Positions 19,836-29,136 of a DNA stretch of 43,159 nucleotides are shown here, piece after piece; positions within the stretch are counted from its first letter, which is position 1, and every line of letters starts with the position of its first letter. The notes below the pieces were generated by a model. It had not been told where the DNA came from. It worked only from the letters and a program-made list of their open reading frames with translations, and ran no database searches. The position numbers and the translations under genes were made by a program. Source of the stretch: a virus (taxonomy: Duplodnaviria; Caudoviricetes); IMG/VR virus record IMGVR_UViG_3300017785_002618, positions 1 to 43,159 of that record; one strand, 5' to 3'.

Positions 19836-20872
19836 TACTCGTAATCCACGTTCACATAGCCAGAGTCAAAGGTATTCACCCCATTTAAAGTAGTAACCCT
19901 GATTCTATCGGGTAATCCAGTAAGAGTTACCCCACCAGTGCCTTGATCTAGCCCACTTAACCAGCCTGACATTACCCATCGATTTGCTGTGTTATCTACC
20001 AATGAAATTTGTGCAGAACCGTAATATGCTCCAGACGCTGAAGTTGCGGCAGAGGTCAATAACATATTAGTGGATGATATTGTAGTTACATTAAGTCCCG
20101 TTGTAATTCTTGAGCCAGTGCTTACATAGTTAGTTGTTTGAATTACTCCATTTACGCCAATTTGTACGCCATACGGGTCTACGCCAGTGGTAGACAACCC
20201 AAAAAAACTGACATTTACCCTTTCTGCCCACGTTGGGATTGTAAAATCAATAAAAGTCTGACCAGCCCCAGCTATTGATAAACTTCTAGTAAGAGTTCCA
20301 TATCCTGTTGGTCTGCCTTCAAATACAGGGCTTTTTAATGTAATTCCTTGGGGAATGTTATAGGACTGGACTGAGTTACTTGCATTTGGAATAGCATTAA
20401 GCGCAGAACTAATATAAAAAGTTTCTATTAGAATGAAATCGTTTAGTGCTGCTGGGCTTGCGAGAACCACGGATGTGCCATTAGTTGCAGTGTATTGATT
20501 TGATCTAAGGATAAGACCATTTTTATATACATTCAAAAATCCCACCGTATAAGTTGCTGGGATTGTAGTTTGTCCAGCAGTAGCCGTTACCTCTATTAGT
20601 GTGCGATAAGGGGCAGTAACTACATTTGATGCTGGAATACCTAAATATCTAACTGTAATATTATTTGTGCCAGTGCTAGGAGCGGTTACAAATACAATAT
20701 TGTTCCCAACAATGGAATAAAGTGGAATATTTAATAATGTGCTATTAACGGTAACAATTAACGATGCTGTATTTGCCGCAGTAATTGATAACGGAAAAGA
20801 AGTAGTTGAGCCGTTTCCGCTAAAAACATTATACGGAAAAGATACTTGTGAGGGCTGATTACCAAATATCAT
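19835..20872 (-). CDS. Fibre-like virion protein
   Basis: FSGNGSTTSFPL and ATAGQTT...YTATNGTSVVL modules; C-terminal IP.WA.RV...FDSGYVNVDYE domain. Confidence 0.65.
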   Translation of the reverse strand: MIFGNQPSQVSFPYNVFSGNGSTTSFPLSITAANTASLIVTVNSTLLNIPLYSIVGNNIVFVTAPSTGTNNITVRYLGIPASNVVTAPYRTLIEVTATAGQTTIPATYTVGFLNVYKNGLILRSNQYTATNGTSVVLASPAALNDFILIETFYISSALNAIPNASNSVQSYNIPQGITLKSPVFEGRPTGYGTLTRSLSIAGAGQTFIDFTIPTWAERVNVSFFGLSTTGVDPYGVQIGVNGVIQTTNYVSTGSRITTGLNVTTISSTNMLLTSAATSASGAYYGSAQISLVDNTANRWVMSGWLSGLDQGTGGVTLTGLPDRIRVTTLNGVNTFDSGYVNVDYE

Positions 20873-20874
20873 AA

Positions 20875-21357
20875 TTATTCGTAGTAAAAATTAACTGACC
20901 CAGTATCAAAAGAATTTTGTCCTTGGGTAGTTGTTAAATATGCGGTAGTAAGAGCACTAGGAAGACTTGCATTACCAGCAGCATAATAAATTTGTGTTGT
21001 TGATCTTTTTACTACTGATGTGCTTACCCATTGATTGCCACCAATATTTACAATAGTTGCAATTCCCGAACAAAGGTCTTCATTGGAATTAGCAAAAGTT
21101 AGCAAAAATCCATTGCTAGATGTTGTTGGCCCCGATACAGTTGAATTGTATCCAGTTGTAACAACTCCGAATCTAGTCCCTAATTGAATTAAAAGCGCAT
21201 CTGTTCCGTTTGTGCTAACACCTGACAAAATAATGCTTACTCTTTTTGCCCATGAAGGAATATTAGGAAACTGAATAATAACTCCAGTTGCAGACCTAAT
21301 TGTTCCTGCCGCAATAACGCCAGATATTGATTTTGAAGTAATAGTAGAAATTGGCAT
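20875..21357 (-). CDS. Fibre tip-like protein, paralog of the C-terminal domain of 19835-20872
   Basis: IPSWAKRVSI..SGVSTNG...FDTGSVNFYYE matches the neighbouring gene's C-terminal domain. Confidence 0.62.
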   Translation of the reverse strand: MPISTITSKSISGVIAAGTIRSATGVIIQFPNIPSWAKRVSIILSGVSTNGTDALLIQLGTRFGVVTTGYNSTVSGPTTSSNGFLLTFANSNEDLCSGIATIVNIGGNQWVSTSVVKRSTTQIYYAAGNASLPSALTTAYLTTTQGQNSFDTGSVNFYYE

Positions 21358-21581
21358 TATTTAACTTTAATAGCTTTTAATTCTTCTAGGCTAGAAGCCT
21401 CATCTGCTAGTTTTGTAATATTTCTTAGCCTATTTTTTTCATCAATAATATCTGTGCAGTCAGATTTATCTTCTAAATATTGTAGATATGCAAGATCAAG
21501 AGCTTTAAATAAAGGCTCTCTTTCTTTTCTTAATCTTTCTTTTGTGATCTCTTTGGCTTTTTCTAAATTGACAATAATCAT
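21357..21581 (-). CDS. Fibre assembly chaperone-like protein
   Basis: KAKEI...LR.ER.P....LD...K..LRNIT motif. Confidence 0.6.
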   Translation of the reverse strand: MIIVNLEKAKEITKERLRKEREPLFKALDLAYLQYLEDKSDCTDIIDEKNRLRNITKLADEASSLEELKAIKVK

Positions 21582-21790
21582 ATATTAAATTCCCATGCAT
21601 CCCTAAAGTCTAAATCAGTTGGAAGATCACTGCGATCAATAATTTTATAAGGAGTATCTTTTGGGACAATTTTATCCACCATTTCTTCAATAGAGATAAA
21701 TAGATCATCTACAAAAGTAGTGATACATAAACCACCAGTAACGCTAGGGAAAATTATTAGTTTTTCCATAATATTAAGAGAAAAAGGCAA
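21578..21790 (-). CDS. Fibre assembly chaperone-like protein
   Basis: VPKDTPYKIID.SDLP.D.DFRDAWE motif; probable start at MEKLIIF. Confidence 0.6.
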   Translation of the reverse strand: MPFSLNIMEKLIIFPSVTGGLCITTFVDDLFISIEEMVDKIVPKDTPYKIIDRSDLPTDLDFRDAWEFNI

Positions 21791-22403
21791 GTTGAACTGT
21801 TGTAGGATTTACCGCTACACCCGATTGGTTAAAATATCTTACTTCTCTAAAATCGCTTGTTAGTTGATTTGTGGTAGTAGGAATAGCAATAGTTGCTGGT
21901 GCTCCCCCTTCAAAAGAAGGCATACCAAGCATGACGTAATCTTTTACAAATATAGTATTGCCTGGCATTGGGTATTTAAAATTTATATTAAATGAACCTG
22001 TGCCACTTGTTCCTGAAGTTACTGATAAAACATTAAATGAATTGATAATAGTTGCAGTTGCTGGGTCATAGCTAACCCAAGCACTACATAATGTATATCT
22101 ATTTTCTAATTCATTTTTGCCTACTGTATTTTGTCCAGTCTTTACTATTTGAGTAATAAGGCTTGTGTATGTTACGACAATATTGCTATTTCCAGCGGGG
22201 GGAGCTGAAGTAAAAGTAATGACATTATTATTTACTGAAAAAGAAAAAGCGGGGTTTTGATATACATTTTCAATAAAACAGATAATTTGATTAACAGATG
22301 CAACTTGCCTTCTTAATGAAAAAGATAAAGTTGTTCCATCGCCATTAAAATAATCTATCGCTGGCTCATAGGCTTGTTGAGTAGGAGAGTTTCCGAAATA
22401 CAT
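21774..22403 (-). CDS. Fibre-like virion protein
   Basis: MYFGNSP...FNGDGTTLSFSL...FTSAP module plus AWV...SFNV.SVT...G C-terminal domain. Confidence 0.62.
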   Translation of the reverse strand: MYFGNSPTQQAYEPAIDYFNGDGTTLSFSLRRQVASVNQIICFIENVYQNPAFSFSVNNNVITFTSAPPAGNSNIVVTYTSLITQIVKTGQNTVGKNELENRYTLCSAWVSYDPATATIINSFNVLSVTSGTSGTGSFNINFKYPMPGNTIFVKDYVMLGMPSFEGGAPATIAIPTTTNQLTSDFREVRYFNQSGVAVNPTTVQLAFFS

Positions 22404-22730
22404 TTACATCACCGTCATGCAAGAAACCCAAGCATCTGCCGAATTAGCACTACTTACGGCTACTTTTACAATATCGTTAGTATTCAAAAGGATTCTATTA
22501 CCAGCTACAAAGTCTATTGACCCGCCAACTGGCACAGTTGTATTTGGTGCTCCAATGTAATAATCTACCGAGGCTCTAGTAATGTAAGCTGAACAAGTGA
22601 TTGTAGAATTTGAAGTATTGGTTACTCTAAAGCTAGATATTGCATCAAACCCACTATCAACAGAAAAAACTATTGATCCACCAGTGCTTATGTTTTTTAC
22701 ACCATAAGAGTTAATTCCATAAGTCGCCAT
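22404..22730 (-). CDS. Small beta-rich virion protein
   Basis: 108-aa ORF in the fibre-like cluster. Confidence 0.55.
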   Translation of the reverse strand: MATYGINSYGVKNISTGGSIVFSVDSGFDAISSFRVTNTSNSTITCSAYITRASVDYYIGAPNTTVPVGGSIDFVAGNRILLNTNDIVKVAVSSANSADAWVSCMTVM

Positions 22731-22731
22731 A

Positions 22732-23754
22732 TTATCCCATCACAATCGACATAAAATAAGCTGTCCCTACTGGGTCAGATACTAAATTTTTATTAACATT
22801 ATCCCATCGTGCTCCATTGTATTGGAGTAATTGACCTTCAGTCGGATTATTTATTGCTACATCCGAATTTGTAACGCCAAGTTTATTGCTATGGATTACC
22901 TCTACATAAAACGAACCTGAACCACCAGCACCAGCACTAATTACATTTCCAATTTGACATTTAATATTGGGTGCTAGTGGCTCATATTTTGTTGGATTAC
23001 CTGTTATTGGGTTATACCAAATAGTCTGATTATCTTGCCATGTTTCGCCATAAGCCGATCCATTAGTAGCAATACCTTTGATAAGCCCAAAAGAAGTAAC
23101 CCTACCAAAAGAGTTCAAACCAATGTTTTCTGCCGCTACTCCTAATATCAATTTATCGTCTGTAATTCCAGCAATCGAAGGAGCAAAAGTAATAGCACTA
23201 CTAGCTCCTACTACGCCTGTTTTATAAACAATTTTTAAAGGATTATGTACTATGTTTGCTGTTGCTTTCCCATAGATATATAAATTTTCCCCAATCTGCT
23301 GAGTGACGCTTCCACCGCCCATGCCAAGATTCCATGAGCCTGTTGTATCGTCATACCACATACGACCAGCCGCAACTGCTGGACTTGATGAAGCGTAATC
23401 TAAATATCCATTACCGCCAGCATTTAGCTTTCCTAATGGGTCTAATAAGATAGACTTGCCTGCTGCATAATCGCACCATACATTCTGTGTGCCATTAGAA
23501 AAGTTTACTAATGCACCTGCGTTAGAAGACGCTAATACTGTTGTTCTTGCTAGGGCATTTCCGGTAGTAGAGTATGTCCCTACTCCCACTTCCCAATTAC
23601 TTCCAGATTGATCTGCGATTGTGTAAAAAGTAGTGTTTCCATTTCCTATTGCGATGGAAAAGGACTGATAACCATTAACCGCCCCCAAAAGGCTAATTGA
23701 GCCAGTTAGGGGGGAATTGCAGGTTTCTTGAACTCTGTCTTTTACTAAAAACAT
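22732..23754 (-). CDS. Virion appendage/fibre protein
   Basis: DRVQET...WEVGVGTY...LARTTVLASSN N-terminus; Gly/Thr-rich; GQLLQYNG.RW.N motif. Confidence 0.62.
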   Translation of the reverse strand: MFLVKDRVQETCNSPLTGSISLLGAVNGYQSFSIAIGNGNTTFYTIADQSGSNWEVGVGTYSTTGNALARTTVLASSNAGALVNFSNGTQNVWCDYAAGKSILLDPLGKLNAGGNGYLDYASSSPAVAAGRMWYDDTTGSWNLGMGGGSVTQQIGENLYIYGKATANIVHNPLKIVYKTGVVGASSAITFAPSIAGITDDKLILGVAAENIGLNSFGRVTSFGLIKGIATNGSAYGETWQDNQTIWYNPITGNPTKYEPLAPNIKCQIGNVISAGAGGSGSFYVEVIHSNKLGVTNSDVAINNPTEGQLLQYNGARWDNVNKNLVSDPVGTAYFMSIVMG

Positions 23755-23939
23755 TATTTAGTTTCTTTTAATTCAGATTCTGAAAAATAACGCTGTTTGA
23801 TAGTTCCGTCTTTTGAATCACAAACTACGAGATATTGTCTATCGCCCGTAGTTTGATCTAATGAATAACCTACTACTTCACCGGTAATAGGAGATGGAAG
23901 AATTTGTACTACTTTTGTTCCGACTGGTAGCATTTTCAT
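23754..23939 (-). CDS. Small hypothetical protein (SH3-like pattern)
   Basis: 61 aa, G..V...GEVVG...YLV...RYF.ESEL; good RBS. Confidence 0.6.
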   Translation of the reverse strand: MKMLPVGTKVVQILPSPITGEVVGYSLDQTTGDRQYLVVCDSKDGTIKQRYFSESELKETK

Positions 23940-23948
23940 TTTTTATCC

Positions 23949-24530
23949 TTAAAGAGAAAGCTGATAAGTTACTTGTACCACATTACCAGAGTTTACAGGC
24001 TGTGGACCATCAACGAAAGCCCCAGCAGATAATAAAACCCCTGCCGTATCGTCAATCGTAGATACCGCACCAGTACCAAAAACAAGAAATGCACCTTCTA
24101 ATGTTCCGTTGCCTGTCATTGTAAAGCTAACAGGCGTGGATGTAGAGATTGCTCCTGATGTTGCAGTGCTAAAACTTGGCACAATACGAGATGTAAAGGT
24201 GGGGGCATTTGTTGCTCCTGCTTCTTTCCACCCAGCATGAGAGGTCATCGTATCTGTTGCACTTGTAGCAGTCCAATCTACCGATGAAATTAACCCAATA
24301 TAAGGGCCGTTCACAGAATAGCTTGAACCTGTTAATACGGTTTGCAATATTAAATCTTTTCCAACTGTAACCACAACATTATCAAATTTCTGTTCCCAAA
24401 GAAGTTTTCCGCCTTCTTTGTCAAAGCACTTCATTGAATAAACGCCTTCTGCTTGGCAAGCCTCACCAAGACCAGATGCACTTGCTAATGAAACCGCTTG
24501 GGCTTCTTTTGTGTTTAATTTGTCTTGCAT
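23949..24530 (-). CDS. Virion structural protein
   Basis: N.VVTVGK, ATDTM.SHAGW.E and V.VTY.LSL motifs. Confidence 0.65.
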   Translation of the reverse strand: MQDKLNTKEAQAVSLASASGLGEACQAEGVYSMKCFDKEGGKLLWEQKFDNVVVTVGKDLILQTVLTGSSYSVNGPYIGLISSVDWTATSATDTMTSHAGWKEAGATNAPTFTSRIVPSFSTATSGAISTSTPVSFTMTGNGTLEGAFLVFGTGAVSTIDDTAGVLLSAGAFVDGPQPVNSGNVVQVTYQLSL

Positions 24531-24539
24531 ATCTTTTCC

Positions 24540-25352
24540 TTAAGTTTGTAAATCAATTACTGGCGATAAAGTACATCGGCAATTTGGCAACTCTCCGGGG
24601 AATCCTCGAATAGTCTCACCATACATTATGCCAATTTCAGGGGGATTGTCGAATAAATATTCCTTACCCGACATTCTAATATGTTCTTGCCTTGGCTCTC
24701 TGCCCCCGCCTGAATGAACCCATTTAAACTTTTTCACCCCTAAACTTTGTAATCTTGATCTAGTAACGGCTTGATAGGTTTTTCGAGTTTGATCTAAAGC
24801 TACATTTTTAGCATGGCGCAGATTACCGTTATATTTAGCTTCTAGGAATGGAACTAAATCTCTCAGTCCCTTGCCCGTTGTGATACTACGCATTACTGCG
24901 CCCTGAACATCGCCTAGATACTTTTGAGGTATTAGCTTTATTAAATTGGCGGCCTCTTGACTGCTTGCTTTAATTACATCTCTTATTTTTGGGCTAATAA
25001 CCGATGTATCTATTTCAAAGTTTTCACTAAGCTCTTTTAAAGATATTCCAAGGGTTATGGATGAGTTTTTGACAGTTCGCTTAATCATTCTATCGGTTGC
25101 ATCTTCGGCTATCTCTTTAAATCTTTTTTGCCATTTATCCATTAAATAATTTAAAAGGATACGGGCTTGGCTTGAAATTGAGGCATCCATAGCATAACCA
25201 TAATCAGGGTCAGTAAATAGCCTTTTTAGTTGCCTTTCTACATCCCTAGACATTAAGCCTATTTCTTTAACAATAGGCTTGGCGTAATCAGATGCGATTC
25301 CGGCATTAGGTCTTAATGCCCCACCGATTAAGTTATTTTTTGAACTTTTCAT
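24540..25352 (-). CDS. Minor head protein (Mu gpF / SPP1 gp7-like)
   Basis: A.DQT.K, W.HSGG...R..H and PG...NCRC motifs; follows portal. Confidence 0.9.
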   Translation of the reverse strand: MKSSKNNLIGGALRPNAGIASDYAKPIVKEIGLMSRDVERQLKRLFTDPDYGYAMDASISSQARILLNYLMDKWQKRFKEIAEDATDRMIKRTVKNSSITLGISLKELSENFEIDTSVISPKIRDVIKASSQEAANLIKLIPQKYLGDVQGAVMRSITTGKGLRDLVPFLEAKYNGNLRHAKNVALDQTRKTYQAVTRSRLQSLGVKKFKWVHSGGGREPRQEHIRMSGKEYLFDNPPEIGIMYGETIRGFPGELPNCRCTLSPVIDLQT

Positions 25353-26955
25353 AATCCAACTGCTCAGATTGGCTTAACTTAGCACCTTTTTTTACTTTTT
25401 TATCAATAAATGACAATCGCTTGGCTTCTTTATTGGATAAGTCTTTTGCATCGTCTTGGGCTATTTCAATCTTAGGGTCTTCGATTTCTTCCTCAAATAG
25501 AGGTTCGTCTTCCATAATCCCTAGCTCGTCGTAACCGCTAGTCTTATCCGTAGCAATGCGCTGGCGCTCATCTTCGCTAGATAATGCGCCAGAGGCAATA
25601 AGAACCTGACCAGTCTGAGCCTTTGCTAAATTAGTAGTAGCCAATTCTTGCGCCGTTGGGGTATCGAGTGGCAACCAGTTGATTGTTGTTTCTACCATTT
25701 CTTGCCCCTCTTTAGTGTCTACATAAGACTTAATGACAAGCGCATGATGGCGCTCTGCGAGTCTTGTTAAGTCATTGGACTGGATAGATTCTAGTAACTC
25801 ATGATAGCTTGCTTCTTCGTACTCGCCTGTTGAATTAAATCCTTTTGGCGTAGTCCCGATGAGTTTAGTTGCTGGCACTCCTGCAATAGCGGCTACTAAT
25901 TGGTATTGAGTCATAATCAGCGCATCAAAATCAGCCAAGGAAGTATCGAATTGTTGAAACTCGTCTCCCTCTTTATCGCCCATCTTAATGCCGTGATTAT
26001 CTCTAAATGCCGTCCAATGAGATAGTCTATTGATTGCTTCCTGAGAATTTTGCATGACTGATTCCATGTCAGTTAGCCATACGGTAGTACGCTTTGACAT
26101 GGCAAGCTGCGGGGCTTCGTTAGCTGTTCTTTCTGCCGCATAAACTCGTTCCATGATCTGCTGAGTAAGCGGCACTCCACCATAGATATATTGAGGCTTA
26201 AGAATATCTATTGGCTCTGCGTGTCTATAAATGACGAGGTGTGAGCGATGCACTTTTTTACCGGAGATAATCCACCAAGTCGGCTCGTAAAAGTGCAATG
26301 TGTCGGGCTGGCTTGCGCTTGGATTGTCAAGCATAGGAGCGCACCAGTAAGGGTCAATTTGAACAATGCCCTTGTAGCTACCAGCAGTAACTCCATCAAT
26401 GTTAAATGGCTTCTCATAGTAATCCTGATCCGTTGATTGAATTTTGAACATTGCAATACGAATACCGAAAATTCTACCCTTTCGGATAAACTCTCGCATA
26501 TTTTCATTGAGCTTAAATAGCCTGTCGTATGAATTGATGATTTGCGTATATGAAGGGTCTAATTCCTCCCCATCTACGGAAACCACATTGTATCCCTTGC
26601 GAATAGCATCTTCTGCGGGCATGGTACACGCTTTATTGACTAGCCAATTTTGAGCCAAGATGCCGCAAAGTTGATGACCAATAAATCCTTGTGAGGCATA
26701 CCATCCAATAACTGCATCTGAAACAGTATTCATCCCATTAGAGTAAGTCTTAAAGCTATTTGAACCGCTGTCTGAGCCATCCATAGCAAATCCATTTTGA
26801 TATGGCTGGGCTTTTTTTAATTGATGTAGTTGGTCATCAAGCCCAAATAATGGCTTTTCAATATCAAACATATGGGTAGATAAGACACCTCCCCGATGAT
26901 TAACTGGGTCGGGTTTTTTTGTTTCGGGCTTTTTGAACCAGTTAAACATATTCAT
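25333..26955 (-). CDS. Portal protein (DUF1073-like)
   Basis: P.EDAIRKG, KVHRSHL and [17 protein letters not shown] motifs; follows terL. Confidence 0.9.
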   Translation of the reverse strand: MNMFNWFKKPETKKPDPVNHRGGVLSTHMFDIEKPLFGLDDQLHQLKKAQPYQNGFAMDGSDSGSNSFKTYSNGMNTVSDAVIGWYASQGFIGHQLCGILAQNWLVNKACTMPAEDAIRKGYNVVSVDGEELDPSYTQIINSYDRLFKLNENMREFIRKGRIFGIRIAMFKIQSTDQDYYEKPFNIDGVTAGSYKGIVQIDPYWCAPMLDNPSASQPDTLHFYEPTWWIISGKKVHRSHLVIYRHAEPIDILKPQYIYGGVPLTQQIMERVYAAERTANEAPQLAMSKRTTVWLTDMESVMQNSQEAINRLSHWTAFRDNHGIKMGDKEGDEFQQFDTSLADFDALIMTQYQLVAAIAGVPATKLIGTTPKGFNSTGEYEEASYHELLESIQSNDLTRLAERHHALVIKSYVDTKEGQEMVETTINWLPLDTPTAQELATTNLAKAQTGQVLIASGALSSEDERQRIATDKTSGYDELGIMEDEPLFEEEIEDPKIEIAQDDAKDLSNKEAKRLSFIDKKVKKGAKLSQSEQLDYEKFKK

Positions 26956-28317
26956 TTATCCAAAAAATGATCGGCGGCGCATTTCGCCTGATAGATTAGC
27001 CATTATAAACGCATCTGCTAAGTTAGGGGATGCAACATCACGCTTTCCTAAGTCTTTTTTACTTTCCACTTTAACCCTGCCCGCATTGTCATAATCCTGT
27101 TTAGGCGATGTCAATTCATCCATTAGCTTATCTAAATGAGGCATATTGCTATCAATAAATATCATCTCATCTTCTGAAAAAGATTGCCCGTTATGAATTG
27201 CATTATAGGTATTTCTGAATCTATCGGCTACCAGCCACCATGCCTGAGCTTTAATATTGGCAAAATAGTCTTTGTTCTTGATGCCTGATTTTTTGTATTG
27301 AATATCAGGTTTAGTTACCGCCCCGCCTGCAAAAAACTTTTGATATTCCACTTTTACGCCATTAGATGCGTTTAATTCGCTAAATTTAGCCCCAGCAGTA
27401 GCGCCTACCCCAATAGCGTCATAAATAATCAAAGAGTCATCTTCTCTTGCCTTTGTCCATACACGGGTGCAAGACTTGAGCAATTCGTCTTCTTTTGCCT
27501 TCCATTGGTCAGCCCAAAAGTTTAATGAACCGTGAGAGTGAATGGTAGCGCAATAGTCCTCTCCAGCGTCTGCAACGTCAAATCCAATTCTATGAGAGCC
27601 TTTAATATCAATTCCAAGGGCTTTATGTCCGTCAATGGCAGCCATGATATGAGACCGCTTAATAACCGATTGCTCATCGTCGCTAAGTGGAGCGCCTTCA
27701 TAGACATGAAGATAGTTATCATAATCCTCTGCCTTTGCAGACTCAATCTCGTCAATCATCGTCTGACTAAGAAAAGGGTTCTCGTCGTAGTTTATCTTTC
27801 TAACGATCGTATTAGGTGGTGGATTGGTTACAAACCGCTTATAAACAAAATCCGTAGCCAATCGTGGATTAAACACAATCCAATGCTGCGATCCTTCTTT
27901 TCTGATGGTTGGGTTAATAATCTCCCATTGGTTTTCGCTTAATAAATGGGCTTCTTCTGCCCAATGAATATCAATACCTTCGAGAGACTTGATCTCATCA
28001 ATAGAGCGCCATAAGCCATAAAACACAAACTCACTACCCGTATATAAATTGGTAATTTTGTTTTCTACGATTTTAAACCTATCGTCTAGACCAAATCGGG
28101 AAATTTGAATCTTGAGCAGGGTATATACCGATTCCTCAATTTTGCTTTGAAATTGACGGGTGCATAAGAATCTGACCTTATAAGCATTGGCTAAAAATAT
28201 AGCAAATCCTGCCGCATCCCAGCTTTTGGAACTAGATCGACCACCATATAGAACTTTATTTCTTGATGGCTTTTTCCAAAAATCCCTTAGCGCTGGGTTT
28301 AGGGTTGGGCTATTCAT
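26956..28317 (-). CDS. terL: Terminase large subunit (PBSX-like)
   Basis: YGGRSSSKS Walker A, WAEEA Walker B, FNP coupling motif, GFDVA and SPNLADA nuclease motifs. Confidence 0.95.
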   Translation of the reverse strand: MNSPTLNPALRDFWKKPSRNKVLYGGRSSSKSWDAAGFAIFLANAYKVRFLCTRQFQSKIEESVYTLLKIQISRFGLDDRFKIVENKITNLYTGSEFVFYGLWRSIDEIKSLEGIDIHWAEEAHLLSENQWEIINPTIRKEGSQHWIVFNPRLATDFVYKRFVTNPPPNTIVRKINYDENPFLSQTMIDEIESAKAEDYDNYLHVYEGAPLSDDEQSVIKRSHIMAAIDGHKALGIDIKGSHRIGFDVADAGEDYCATIHSHGSLNFWADQWKAKEDELLKSCTRVWTKAREDDSLIIYDAIGVGATAGAKFSELNASNGVKVEYQKFFAGGAVTKPDIQYKKSGIKNKDYFANIKAQAWWLVADRFRNTYNAIHNGQSFSEDEMIFIDSNMPHLDKLMDELTSPKQDYDNAGRVKVESKKDLGKRDVASPNLADAFIMANLSGEMRRRSFFG

Positions 28318-28329
28318 TTTTTAAAACTC

Positions 28330-28881
28330 TTATTTGGAATCGTTTTGATTGTCAGAACCTGCATAAAAGTCGCTTAGAGTTTTTACTTGCTCTACCTCGG
28401 GATTGCTTATTTTTTGCACTTGATCTTTATTTGCTAGTAATAGCCCCATAGGGATTTTGCTCGCATCATTGGCCATAGTCGTAAGAACAGAAGCCATTTT
28501 TAGCGCTTCCACTCCATCTTCTAAATAATCGCTATGCACTGAATTGATCTGCTGGTTTGCTAGTTCTGCTAGTCTGTTAGCATTGATTGAGCTTAGTTTT
28601 CCAGCACTTGCAAGGTTAGTGCTTATAGCTTTTAAATCGTCTATAAGGGTTAAAGTTGCTATCTGTTGGGTCAGGGGTAAAGACTTAAATGCTATCTCTG
28701 CATCCACTACCTTATGGGCTACTTCTTTGATTATATCTGTCTTAGGCTTGATCTTCTTAGTGATCTGTGATCTATGTATACCATACTCTCTAGCTAAATC
28801 TGCTGCTTTTTCTCCAGCTATTAAGCGCATTTCAAGGCCATGCCATTGAACATCGGTTAATTTTGATTTTCTACCATTCAT
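28330..28881 (-). CDS. terS: Terminase small subunit (putative, N-terminal HTH)
   Basis: GRKSKLT...GEKAADLAREYGI HTH; directly upstream of terL. Confidence 0.75.
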   Translation of the reverse strand: MNGRKSKLTDVQWHGLEMRLIAGEKAADLAREYGIHRSQITKKIKPKTDIIKEVAHKVVDAEIAFKSLPLTQQIATLTLIDDLKAISTNLASAGKLSSINANRLAELANQQINSVHSDYLEDGVEALKMASVLTTMANDASKIPMGLLLANKDQVQKISNPEVEQVKTLSDFYAGSDNQNDSK

Positions 28882-29136
28882 CTATTTTTTTCCTTTTTTA
28901 TCCTTTTTAAAATCCCGAAGGAGCTGGTTACTTATCCAGCGTGAGGTAAAGGAATAACTCACAGGTTTTTATTATTATACCTCTTTTTTGTTGCGTAATG
29001 ACACTTTGTTTTTGCAACAATTCTAGTGTCTGAATGTTTTTTTTGATAAATTGCAATAGGATTTAACCCCATCATAAAAGGATAGTTTTCCTTTGAAAAA
29101 TTCCATATTAAGTAATTTTGTCCTAGTTTTTGCATC

